NCBI GenBank assembly: GCA_047495785.1
Contig: JBLDXI010000010.1
Coordinates: forward strand, 1,302,001-1,366,000
Reading direction: 5' to 3'
DNA length: 64,000 nucleotides
DNA from: Lepidodermella squamata
Taxonomy: Eukaryota > Animalia > Gastrotricha
A program made the position numbers and the translations under genes. The first letter of the stretch is position 1. Each line of letters begins with the position of its first letter. The notes under the pieces are model-generated. The model did no database searches and was not told the DNA's origin. It saw only the letters and a program-made list of their open reading frames with translations. Shown in pieces: positions 1-10,154 of the stretch.

Positions 1-2
1 GA

Positions 3-3000
3 TTGAATAAAGCGACAAACGCATTGTTGCAATACAAATATGAGGTGGAGAGAGGCTACATTGACAAAGCCGAATATACGGCCGACATTGCACTGTCTTC
101 GATCGACGACGGAGCTGGAACTAGCGTCACTTTTAGCTACGGCACTCGAGACGAAATTAGGACAAATAAACATGATCGCTACTCCTCGAATCCATTCGCT
201 GTTCTGAAAAGAAATATGTTTTTAAAGCGCTTGGACTTGGCAACGCCTTATGTTAGGCAATCGCTTGAATTTCTTTACGAAGTTCGAAACGAGGAGCGTT
301 TGCTGACTGGGATTGCGCAAAATTTCATCAGCGGCGTTCGTGATGATGTTCTTAGGTTCAGTTACGAGTCGCAAGGCCTTCTGAGTTCTCTTTCACTGCC
401 CTCTGGAGCTAAAATCGACTTTTCCTACTCATCCATGGAAGGTCCGTACGTATGGTTGACTCAAGGCGACGTCATAAGGATTCCGGCTGTGACACCGCCC
501 AAAATTGCCTACGGACCAACCTACGCCGTGATAACATACCGTCACGGAGCTGGCAGCGATTCGATTGAGATAAGAGTGTATGACAGAGCTATCCGCAATT
601 TGAAAGCTTCATTCTCCTCGGTCAAAGTTGACCTGATCCAAGACTATAGCGTGCTGGCATTTGACCACATGTTTGCAATTGCTGTCGCCAGCGAACGTTC
701 TACTGAAGTTTTCCTTTTCGCTTGCCATGGCAAGGAAAAATGGGTTGAACGGCCGACGACGTTCAAATTCGCAGCGAAATCCCAAGTTAAAATTGCCGAG
801 CGTTTCGTCGCTGCCCTCGAACCAGGATTTGACAATCAGATCAGGCTAATTTCCAAGGCTAACGAGTACGCCTGGATCGAAAAAGGCTTTGACGTTCCTA
901 GGAAGATTAAACGCTTGGCATTTAATCATAATTTTTTGCTGGCGTTCGATGATGTCGAGCTGGCAATGTTCCAATTTAATGCTGAATCGAAACAATGGCA
1001 TCGAACGGTGCTGGGAAGCTTCCCAAACGCGGCTCAGCATAAACTTCCATTCGATTTGCAGGATGATGTACACAACCAGTTTTTCGACGCCATCAATGTC
1101 TACGGTCTTCGAATACATGGTAATGCCATTATGATGAACAGAATCGAGAACAACTCGGGGACTCTGATAGCCCGCATAATTTTGATCATTCTGAACGGCA
1201 GCTATCGCGTCATTTCAACGGAAGAGTTCACCGTTTCGCGTGAAACTATCATGGATCTCACGATGGAGCAGGAAAATAAAGGTACCAAACTTGAAATTAG
1301 CTACGAGTGGGATTCTGGCTCATCCAAATACAGACTTCGACTGAAAAGCTTCAGTGGAAAAGCTTACGAAGAACTTGAGAGCGCCATAAGCAATACGAAC
1401 CAACGCGAAGAAGTATACAAAAACGTATTGAAGAAATGGAACGAAGACTTGCACGATAAGTTGTTGACTAAGACTTCTCCAATGAAACTGGAGAAATATC
1501 TTGCGAATGTAGGAAATGAAGGCATAATTCTTGGCAGCGATGTGATTTTTCGCATGACTGGCTCTAGGTGGAAGAAAGAAGACTTCGCTGTGAATTCTGT
1601 TCCAATTGGCAAATATTTCGTTCTAGAGAGTGAACTGGACTCAAACAAAAAGCGTCTCTATCGCCAAGACGAAGATGGCAAGAAAACCGGAGGTGTCCTT
1701 AAAGAGATGTCATCCGATGTGTTCCTAAACCGCTACCCGAGTTATATCGCCTTCAAATCGGGTGATAGCGATGTTGAGCTTGTTATCTTCGAAGACGAAA
1801 AGACTCTGGGAAGTTCAGTCACATATCGAGACGAACAGCTTGTGCTTGACAGCGATGGCGCTAATTTGATGACGCATGAAAAGAATGCGAAAGAGATTCG
1901 GATCCGTCCAATGCTGGCTTTGATCAGGTCGAAAGGAAAATCCTATGTCAGTGAAATGAATATGGCTGGTCGGCGGACGTCGTATCACAGAAAACTAGAC
2001 TACGATGCGAAAAACCTTACGTTCACTGAAAGCATTCTGATGTTTCCCGGAGGCCATGGCAGTAAGTGGGGTCACTATAAATCGGAAATGATCTACAGCG
2101 ATAGAACTGCTACGAGTACGAAAACAGACACGTGGTTTGATGCCAGCGGCGAACGAGTGGAACCTAATCAAGCTCCAGAGGAAAATCAAGTGAAACAAAA
2201 CGAGCAAGAAAACTCAACGCCTTCAAGTTTGTTGCTGGATAAAACCGGACAGTGGCAGATAGCAGACTTTACACCGTTTCAACCCAAGGACGACACAGTT
2301 TCGTATTTCGGTTTCGAAAGTTACGAGACCGAAGGCAAATGGGATTTTGCGAAAGGCTCTGTCATCAAAAATGGGGATTCCTTCACTGGAAGAAACTTCC
2401 TTCGTCTTGAATCTAGCAGTCAGAAGCTCTTTGCCACCCTCAAACCACTTTATCAGCAAAGCATGGTATATGTTGCTTCATGTTGGCTTCGAGGCAAGTT
2501 TCAGGTTGGCAAGCCGACTAAAATTGTCAAGGCAAAGATTAAAAAGACTTCAAACGGTGGCGAAGAGCTGATTACTGTAGTAGGTCTGGTCCACCGAAGT
2601 TCCGGCGATTGGTTCTACGTCGAAGTGATTATCGATTTCGGATTAATCCAAGATGTCTATGCAAGATATGTTACTAAGTCAGCAGATGGTTTCTTCAATG
2701 CCAATGAAAAGTTCAGTATAGAGCTGACGATAGCTACAGTTGATGGTCAAGGAGTCGTTGATGTTGATCATGTTCGCTTCTCCCCAATTAGAATCAGCAC
2801 CGGCGTCTTGGTATTCGACGAAGCAACTGGAGATGTTATTGCAGTGATAGCCAACAATGGTCTCGTTTCTAGGGAGGTCTATCAACCGAAAACAGGTCGA
2901 AAAATTGCGACTATCAACGAGGTTGGAAGATTGGTACACTTCGAGTCACTCAGCAAAATAACTGGGCTGAAATTGCAGTTCGAGCCGGTCGATGGATTTA

Positions 3001-6000
3001 TGGAGTCTTTTGACCAATCAGCTTTCAGGCAACGCTGGAGGGCAGAGAGGAATTTCAAAATCTGCGGTGTTCGCCTATTTCACACCTCTCCTAATGTCAA
3101 TAGTGTCTACGTGAGATCCGGCGTTTTCAGAAGTTCAAACTTTGCCGCAATTCGATTTGAATTCAAGCTACGATCCAGGGACAGTCAACTCGTCCTAAAC
3201 TGGGACGGATTTGGCAGTATTCGAATCAACAGCAACGGCACAGTGTCATCCGATTCGTTTCAGCACACCCTCTCATCAACCGAGGGTGAAATGATTGTCA
3301 TGATGGACAATAGTTACTTGTGGCTGTGGTTTGAAGGTAGCCTTCTTTATGAAGGAGAATTCTCGGCGACGAACCGTGTCGACTGGTCTCGACTATCAAT
3401 TTCCGCAAAAGGCGAGGTTGAAGTGAAAAGCTTGATGGTAATGAACGAGCCACGCTTCGAAGCTTCTTTTCGTAACCAAATGGGAGAAAAGGTCCAGTCG
3501 TTGAAGCTGGAAGATTCGCAAACGGGCATTCTCATCGAGACTCTCTATGACGAACTTGGAAGGGCCGCGGTTGTGACAAGGCCTACCAGAATAAAACGTG
3601 ATCATAACGCCACATTGGTCAAGTTTCGAGACAGCTTCATCACGAATCGCAACTCGTTTTGGACATCGAATCAGCTTGAGGGCGATGTAGCGTTCTTAAA
3701 CGCAGCAGACGACGGCTATGCGTATTTTCGAACGGTCTATGCAAACAATCCATTCAATGAAGAAATCACCAGAGGCCTGCCGGGAAAGGAATTCTCAGCA
3801 GATGGCCGTTTTGCGCTGAAAACTTCGTGGCGCGATAAGCAGAGTCTGTTGCGAAATCTGTTCCCTTTTGACCAGTATCGCCACAAGACCGAGTTGAAGC
3901 CCAACGGAGGCAAGGTGATCCGCGTTTTTGACAGACGCGATAATCTTACCGCTCAATATTCAGAGGTTCCAGGGTGCGACAATCTGCTGACAACCTATGT
4001 TTATGACGCGGAAGGCCGGCTCACGACTTTTTTACCACCTGCGTACCACAAAGCCCTGGATACAATGTCGAACTTGTTTCCATGGCAATACAAAAGCAGC
4101 CCGCATGACAAGTTGGCAACTCATTTCATCTACAACGAAGCCGGGCAGTTGACGCAAAAAGTTACCCCTGATGAAGCTCGCATCCACTTTGTGTACGATT
4201 CGGCCGGAAACAAGCGTTTTCAGGCGTTTTTCGATGGCGATAGTTCGACGCTTCCATTCCGGGTCGTCTACTTCAATTATGACAACAACGGCCAGCTGGT
4301 TGCAACTGGAAAATTAAAAGAGCCTGTTGAAATTGAAACGTTGAAAAAGTTCAAGGATGATATTTTCTGGGCCATCAATATGGGCGAGCCGTATCAGACA
4401 TTTCAAACGTACGATGACGATCCTGATGCTAACCTGAGGGGCCGAGACAAAGTTCTGATCACCGATAATGAGAGCGGCAAGGTAGTAGAGCAAGTGACAT
4501 TCGACGAGCAACACCTGATCGTCTCGAAATCGATAACCATAGCGAGCGAAAATGAGACAGACCAGCTGATTGAATTCAAACGTGAGTTCGAAGATGGCAG
4601 AGTTAAGAAACTCGTGATGCATGGGACCGAAATTGTCTACTCTTACAACCGCCTGGGACAGATGGTCGCTATTGGCTACTCCGATAATAAGGAGAAATTG
4701 GCCAAGTTCGATTACCTTCCAAACGGAAGTTTGAAGAGCGAAGAGTATCCATCGGGTGCATTCAAACGCAACTATCACTACAATTCAGCTGGGTATCTTT
4801 CTCAAATCGAAGACCCCATGCTGAAGGAAACCATTGATTATACGCGAAACGGCTATGGTCAGGCCGGTTTCGGCGAAGGCATTGTGATGCGCACTGAGTT
4901 TGAGCCAAAATGGACAAAACACGCAGATAGACGATGGTTTCGAGTGAAGCCAGAAAATGAAGACTTCGAAACTTGCTTTGATGCTTTGAAGCGATCGGGC
5001 TATTTGGACGAAGGTAACGAACCAACTGGGAAGGAATTTGACGTCTTTCTGCCACGTATTTGCGACGGAAGTAATCGCGACATCGCAGCGAGTCGCCTTC
5101 TAACGAAGCATCTTCCGACTCGATACGGGCATAGCTATGCCTACGGCGGCCATCAGGAGCTCACAGCTGCCAAGTATTTCACGAACGAAGTTAAGCCTGA
5201 GCCATTGATGCCTTTGTCGTTCCAAAGCATTGTCGGCAAAGACCAGTCGAGACAAATATTCCGAACATTAGTCCAGAAAGAATACATATATATCCAAAGG
5301 AAGCAAAATGTCATCGACGATTACGACGTCGGTGGCGCTGCGAGGAATATATTCCCATTGAGAAAACTGTTCGACCATCTGAAAAAAGTAGATACAGTTT
5401 ACACGATATACGATAGAAAAATATCGGCTCTGCTTTTGAAAAGCTTCGCTCAGCGAAAACCAATCCCCCTTGAAGATTTCGTCCAAACTTACGTTGAGTG
5501 GCATGAAAATCCGCTCCCATACTTCCGCCAACGTAAGGTCGAAGAGGCCGAGAAAATTGGGGAGGTGTTGCTAGATGCTGGATACCTATCTCTCTCGCCC
5601 AAGTTGATTCTTGATGAAGCCTTCACGGATTCTCTGGCGTCGTTTTCAGACAATTGGCCTGAAATAGTTGGAGTTTTGCTGGAGAAGGAACGCAACGCGC
5701 TGGGCCAGTCGCCGTTCGATTTGGAGTCGTATGACATTGATGCAAACGGCAATCACCGGAAATTTTATCGCGGAACAGATCGCTTTGAGCTAACGTACCG
5801 AAATTCGACCAACCGTATCGATTCTATCAAAGTTGGAACCAAAACAATCCAAATGCAGCACGATTTGATGGGGAATGCATTAGATTCATTGCATTTAGGA
5901 ATAAGCAAGATCGACTACAGCCCAGTTTCACAGAGGACATCGCAAATTGTGATGGGTGACGGGACGAAAATTGTTTTCCTTTACGATGCAAAAGGCGAAC

Positions 6001-9000
6001 GTGTTTTGAAGCGAGTCTTGTCGTCAACGGGCAGAATGATAAGCCAGACGCACTACTTGCGAGACGAGACCGGGCGCGTATTGATGGACCGTCAAACCGT
6101 AGACGACAAGAAGGTTCTTACGGTTTATTTGTATGGACCTCGCGGGCTTGTTGGCTTCATCAGAGACGGCTCTTTCTACAAGGTGACCACAGACCATGCG
6201 GGCTCTGCTCGTTTGGTCTTGGACGCAAATAATAACGTTGTTGCTGCATACGACTATATGCCCTATGGCCAACTGATGCGCTCGTTTGGCAACGCGAGAA
6301 TTCTAAATTATTTGTACACTGGCCAGGAGTTCGATTTCGAAACAGGGCTCTACAACTACCACGCTCGGCTGTATGATCCGACTATTGGGCGTTTCCTCCA
6401 GCCTGATCCGCGGGCACAGAGCCCAAGTCCGTACGTATATGTGGGTAACTCGCCGATTTCGCTAGTTGATCCTAACGGCGAAGAGTTTATCACGCTCATC
6501 ATACTTTGTATCGCGGGAGCCGTAGTTGGGGCTTATCTTGGAGGCGCTGCGGCAAATAACCGATGGAACCCAGCCGACTGGAAATGGAAAGATGGCGGGA
6601 CTTGGCTGGGAATTGTTGGTGGAGGCGTTGCTGGCGGCTTGCTACCGATAGGGTTTGGTGCCTCAGCTGGGCTCATCGGGGTTGGCGGAACCGTCTTGTT
6701 GGGAATAGGCGGTGCTTACCTATCAACTGCTGCGGCCACCGAGCAATGGGACTTGACGAAATGGGACTTCACCTCTCCTGGCGTTTACAGCGCCGCGTTT
6801 CAAGGCTTCTCAGCCGGAACAGGGCTTGTTGGCGGCGTGGCTGGAGTAAGAGTGGCCGCTGCTCGTTTTACAACAACATTGGGAAAGAACATCTTTTACG
6901 GTGTCAGCATTGCAACCGGAGTTGGTGCCATGTACGGCATGGGGGTAGTATCCAACGAAGGCAAGCTGGAGTTTTGGCGTTGGGACTGGACCAATCCGGC
7001 AACTTGGAATGCAATGGTTGATGGTTTCGATAGTGGCACCGGAATATCAGTCGGTTGTGTTGAGATGGCTCGCGGTTTCTCGAAGCTCTCGAAACGAGCA
7101 GCCAAGCTCGGATCGCTGAGCAAATTAGAAAAATCGGCAGTAACAGCCTTTTTAAAGAATCCCAAGAACCCACTCTACAAAATGGCAGCTACTGCTGTAA
7201 TGACGTATTTTATGGGCACGCAAGCCACTAGCGATTGGGACATCACCCGCTGGGACTTAGCATCTTTTTCAACCTACATGGGCGTTCTGAATGGCGTCTT
7301 CTTCGGCAAAGACACCATGGCAATGGTCAAGTCAATTCGCGCATCCAAAGTAAAGATACCAAAGGACTCGACGGCTTTGAAGCATTTCGAATCGAATCGG
7401 CCGTTGCTGGGGGACATTTCGGCTAAAATTCTGGATTATAACTCTAAGGCATTGCTGAAAGAAGCATTTCGCTCTTGGGATGCTTTCAAAGCAAAATTGA
7501 AAAACGGAGAGTCGATTTCGCTTACCAACGAGATTAATATGTTCTTGAAACGTGGCTATGAGTCGATGAAAAGAGGCGAAACGAAGGTTCCGGGCGATTT
7601 GAACAAGGTGATTCAGCGGGAAGCTGATTTGAATGTTAAAAGTGAACGACCGATGCTTCGAGAATTGGCAAACGTTGAGAACGATGGATTAAGACGTCGA
7701 AGCGAGATTTTGGCAGACGACGAAAAGCCGTTTTTGCCGTGCAGCAAGTCGAACAGACGGAAGAGAGCCATCGAAGGTACTGCTGATGTATGCAAATCAC
7801 GGCCGCGATCCTCATCGAAGATTATAAAGGCTCTTCAAGAAAGCCCGGGAGATTTCGTCGCTAATAATGGCGTCATCATGAAAACAATTATCGGCGGAGT
7901 TGAAAATGGAGCCATTTATAATTTCTATTTTCTGGATGGGAAATATCCAGACACGTACCATTTGCGACCCGGTGCTGACCCTGACAGCAGCTCATTTCGC
8001 GCTTATTATCTATCGACTTATAAAACTATCTCTATCAACCCAGCTGGCGACGTCAAATTTATTATGACCCCTGAGCTGCAAGGCTGCACGATATACGCAA
8101 AGCTTGATGGTGCGAAGAATCAGATGGAAGTTTTCCATCATTATCGCAATGAACCAAGTGAAATATTTGTAAATGGCTACCATGGGCGTTTCAAAGGCTC
8201 TGAAGTGGCACAGTTTATCGGGGATGTTACGTTGACAAACGTCAAGCCCGGGTCGGCTTTGTACGATGCATCGGGAACGATGTTGTTGCCGGATGAAGGC
8301 GCCATCAAACTGGACAGGCGACTATTTACCATTGAAAAAGGTAAATTAGTAGAAGTGCAAGGGGCGAAGAATGGAAAAACTGACGGGATAATGGAGACCG
8401 AAATCGAGACCAACAAAAGGAAAATCGAAGAAACTCAACTTCATGACCGCAAATACGAGATGAGTTACAATATGGAATACTACCGCGAGCGCTCAAGCTT
8501 TGAAGATTTTCTCTCCAAACAGCCAATCCAGGCAGGATCAACTCCTATCATTTTTTCAATCGGCGATGAATGGTTCGTAGGATCTCGCCAAATCAAATAC
8601 AACGATGGTCCACAATCCGCTCATGCTTTTTTGGACCCATTGCCCGGATACAAGAAATCTACTATTCTGGATGCTTCTCAGCTGGCCGAAATTCGTCAGC
8701 GATTCCGCGCCGATCCGGTTCAGTTTTTCAGCGGGATGAACACAATCTCGAGAATCGATCCTTATGTAAAAACGAGAAATGGCGATGCCTGCAGTTTCAG
8801 TCTGCGAATGAATGCAGACGGTAAAAGCGTCACACTAGCAGTGCAGCCAATAGCATCATCGCCATATGTTTCATCAACAGAAGGTCATGCTGTATGGATG
8901 GCAAGAGGGCAGAAAGTTGTGGTCAGCCGAGATAATCCATTTGTCATGACGGAACCACTTAGCGGAGGTACGCTTCTCTGGAAAAAGATCGACCATCAGA

Positions 9001-10154
9001 CCATGGAGTTCAACCATTACGTGCCTTTATTTAAAGAAACTATCTTCCTGAACGAAAATACGAGCGGTTCTAAACTCAACAGAGGCAGGAATAATTACGT
9101 CAGTGCGAATGGCAATATACCGGATATTCCCGACGGATCCCGTTTAGTAGGCGAAAACGGACAAAGGCTGGACCAAGACGGCGGAATCGTGATCAAGAAT
9201 GAGAAAATATATGTTGAGCTCAATGGAGAAAGAAAACCCTTGGAAACGCTTCACGGCGAGCCTATATCTGATGTGGCGCGTAGAAATTTAATTAACATTG
9301 GAAAAGACGTCTTCCACCGATCGAAGTACGATGGGGCAATAACAGCGGATCAATACGCCCCTAACGCACGTCTCAATTACTATCTAGAAATCGAAGCAGG
9401 CGCAAGAGGGCATCAGTTCACAAATGCAGTGTTTCATACCGATTCAACAGGCCAAATTCACGTCATTTTGCATCGAGTGACGCCTCAAGGCGATCCGGTC
9501 TACTTACATAGCTTTCCGATTTCCGAAGCGGCAAACTACCGAGCCGACAGGTATCAAAACAGGCCGGCATTGCGAAACAAACGATTCGCCGAAATCCCGG
9601 AAGCAGAAACTATTGCTCGAAACTACTCTAAACTTGAAATGAAGTCGCTCTCATCGTCGGCTTCTCGAAGAGCAAGATTTCTGCCTATTGAATTTGCTAG
9701 AAATGTGCTAACTGTCGCTACAGCTTTTATCACAGCCCGTCTTCCCGAGTTTCCCTCAATCTGGAGCCAACCGCTCCAGCCCAACCCGTCGCACCAAGTC
9801 CTCCCAACATTTGTTGATTGGAATCATTTCAGTACCGACGCCACCTTGTTGCTTGGAATAATGCTTACTCGAAAATGGACGGCCTATCGGCCGCCAAATC
9901 AGGCTATCGAATTTGATCGACACCGGGAGAAATTGCTCCTGGATATGAAAACGGCTGACTTGGTGGCCGCATCGTTTTCTGGGGATATTTTCGAAGATCC
10001 AAGTGGTGTTGTCGAGGCAATGAAGGCAACTCGGCGGCAGCTGATATCTACTGAGCAAAATAGTACGGCTTGCGGTATGCCTATTGTTCCAGGCAATTTC
10101 GATACGAATCGCCTGAAAATTCCTTCGATTCCTAAACTCAACTTCACATTGTGA
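3..10154 (+). CDS. Giant intronless RHS/YD-repeat protein of the SGS (salivary gland surface protein)/Tc-like type; 5' end lies outside the window
   Basis: 3383-aa ORF open from the window edge. It has YD repeats and an RHS core (YLYTGQEFDFETGLYNYHARLYDPTIGRFLQPDP...PISLVDPNG), then a Gly-rich hydrophobic region with W-D-W motifs (NRWNPADWKW), basic sites RRKR and RNKR, and a C-terminal SSSASRR...TLLLGIMLTRKWT segment resembling Tox-SGS/latrotoxin-C. AATAAA at 10157-10162. Confidence 0.85.
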   Translation: MNKATNALLQYKYEVERGYIDKAEYTADIALSSIDDGAGTSVTFSYGTRDEIRTNKHDRYSSNPFAVLKRNMFLKRLDLATPYVRQSLEFLYEVRNEERLLTGIAQNFISGVRDDVLRFSYESQGLLSSLSLPSGAKIDFSYSSMEGPYVWLTQGDVIRIPAVTPPKIAYGPTYAVITYRHGAGSDSIEIRVYDRAIRNLKASFSSVKVDLIQDYSVLAFDHMFAIAVASERSTEVFLFACHGKEKWVERPTTFKFAAKSQVKIAERFVAALEPGFDNQIRLISKANEYAWIEKGFDVPRKIKRLAFNHNFLLAFDDVELAMFQFNAESKQWHRTVLGSFPNAAQHKLPFDLQDDVHNQFFDAINVYGLRIHGNAIMMNRIENNSGTLIARIILIILNGSYRVISTEEFTVSRETIMDLTMEQENKGTKLEISYEWDSGSSKYRLRLKSFSGKAYEELESAISNTNQREEVYKNVLKKWNEDLHDKLLTKTSPMKLEKYLANVGNEGIILGSDVIFRMTGSRWKKEDFAVNSVPIGKYFVLESELDSNKKRLYRQDEDGKKTGGVLKEMSSDVFLNRYPSYIAFKSGDSDVELVIFEDEKTLGSSVTYRDEQLVLDSDGANLMTHEKNAKEIRIRPMLALIRSKGKSYVSEMNMAGRRTSYHRKLDYDAKNLTFTESILMFPGGHGSKWGHYKSEMIYSDRTATSTKTDTWFDASGERVEPNQAPEENQVKQNEQENSTPSSLLLDKTGQWQIADFTPFQPKDDTVSYFGFESYETEGKWDFAKGSVIKNGDSFTGRNFLRLESSSQKLFATLKPLYQQSMVYVASCWLRGKFQVGKPTKIVKAKIKKTSNGGEELITVVGLVHRSSGDWFYVEVIIDFGLIQDVYARYVTKSADGFFNANEKFSIELTIATVDGQGVVDVDHVRFSPIRISTGVLVFDEATGDVIAVIANNGLVSREVYQPKTGRKIATINEVGRLVHFESLSKITGLKLQFEPVDGFMESFDQSAFRQRWRAERNFKICGVRLFHTSPNVNSVYVRSGVFRSSNFAAIRFEFKLRSRDSQLVLNWDGFGSIRINSNGTVSSDSFQHTLSSTEGEMIVMMDNSYLWLWFEGSLLYEGEFSATNRVDWSRLSISAKGEVEVKSLMVMNEPRFEASFRNQMGEKVQSLKLEDSQTGILIETLYDELGRAAVVTRPTRIKRDHNATLVKFRDSFITNRNSFWTSNQLEGDVAFLNAADDGYAYFRTVYANNPFNEEITRGLPGKEFSADGRFALKTSWRDKQSLLRNLFPFDQYRHKTELKPNGGKVIRVFDRRDNLTAQYSEVPGCDNLLTTYVYDAEGRLTTFLPPAYHKALDTMSNLFPWQYKSSPHDKLATHFIYNEAGQLTQKVTPDEARIHFVYDSAGNKRFQAFFDGDSSTLPFRVVYFNYDNNGQLVATGKLKEPVEIETLKKFKDDIFWAINMGEPYQTFQTYDDDPDANLRGRDKVLITDNESGKVVEQVTFDEQHLIVSKSITIASENETDQLIEFKREFEDGRVKKLVMHGTEIVYSYNRLGQMVAIGYSDNKEKLAKFDYLPNGSLKSEEYPSGAFKRNYHYNSAGYLSQIEDPMLKETIDYTRNGYGQAGFGEGIVMRTEFEPKWTKHADRRWFRVKPENEDFETCFDALKRSGYLDEGNEPTGKEFDVFLPRICDGSNRDIAASRLLTKHLPTRYGHSYAYGGHQELTAAKYFTNEVKPEPLMPLSFQSIVGKDQSRQIFRTLVQKEYIYIQRKQNVIDDYDVGGAARNIFPLRKLFDHLKKVDTVYTIYDRKISALLLKSFAQRKPIPLEDFVQTYVEWHENPLPYFRQRKVEEAEKIGEVLLDAGYLSLSPKLILDEAFTDSLASFSDNWPEIVGVLLEKERNALGQSPFDLESYDIDANGNHRKFYRGTDRFELTYRNSTNRIDSIKVGTKTIQMQHDLMGNALDSLHLGISKIDYSPVSQRTSQIVMGDGTKIVFLYDAKGERVLKRVLSSTGRMISQTHYLRDETGRVLMDRQTVDDKKVLTVYLYGPRGLVGFIRDGSFYKVTTDHAGSARLVLDANNNVVAAYDYMPYGQLMRSFGNARILNYLYTGQEFDFETGLYNYHARLYDPTIGRFLQPDPRAQSPSPYVYVGNSPISLVDPNGEEFITLIILCIAGAVVGAYLGGAAANNRWNPADWKWKDGGTWLGIVGGGVAGGLLPIGFGASAGLIGVGGTVLLGIGGAYLSTAAATEQWDLTKWDFTSPGVYSAAFQGFSAGTGLVGGVAGVRVAAARFTTTLGKNIFYGVSIATGVGAMYGMGVVSNEGKLEFWRWDWTNPATWNAMVDGFDSGTGISVGCVEMARGFSKLSKRAAKLGSLSKLEKSAVTAFLKNPKNPLYKMAATAVMTYFMGTQATSDWDITRWDLASFSTYMGVLNGVFFGKDTMAMVKSIRASKVKIPKDSTALKHFESNRPLLGDISAKILDYNSKALLKEAFRSWDAFKAKLKNGESISLTNEINMFLKRGYESMKRGETKVPGDLNKVIQREADLNVKSERPMLRELANVENDGLRRRSEILADDEKPFLPCSKSNRRKRAIEGTADVCKSRPRSSSKIIKALQESPGDFVANNGVIMKTIIGGVENGAIYNFYFLDGKYPDTYHLRPGADPDSSSFRAYYLSTYKTISINPAGDVKFIMTPELQGCTIYAKLDGAKNQMEVFHHYRNEPSEIFVNGYHGRFKGSEVAQFIGDVTLTNVKPGSALYDASGTMLLPDEGAIKLDRRLFTIEKGKLVEVQGAKNGKTDGIMETEIETNKRKIEETQLHDRKYEMSYNMEYYRERSSFEDFLSKQPIQAGSTPIIFSIGDEWFVGSRQIKYNDGPQSAHAFLDPLPGYKKSTILDASQLAEIRQRFRADPVQFFSGMNTISRIDPYVKTRNGDACSFSLRMNADGKSVTLAVQPIASSPYVSSTEGHAVWMARGQKVVVSRDNPFVMTEPLSGGTLLWKKIDHQTMEFNHYVPLFKETIFLNENTSGSKLNRGRNNYVSANGNIPDIPDGSRLVGENGQRLDQDGGIVIKNEKIYVELNGERKPLETLHGEPISDVARRNLINIGKDVFHRSKYDGAITADQYAPNARLNYYLEIEAGARGHQFTNAVFHTDSTGQIHVILHRVTPQGDPVYLHSFPISEAANYRADRYQNRPALRNKRFAEIPEAETIARNYSKLEMKSLSSSASRRARFLPIEFARNVLTVATAFITARLPEFPSIWSQPLQPNPSHQVLPTFVDWNHFSTDATLLLGIMLTRKWTAYRPPNQAIEFDRHREKLLLDMKTADLVAASFSGDIFEDPSGVVEAMKATRRQLISTEQNSTACGMPIVPGNFDTNRLKIPSIPKLNFTL

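Noticed and set aside
3-10154. Bacterial contaminant sequence
   Set aside because: It is contiguous with intron-containing animal genes and TE remnants, has a polyA signal and furin-type sites, and shows no operon or immunity gene. Read-level confirmation is still advisable.
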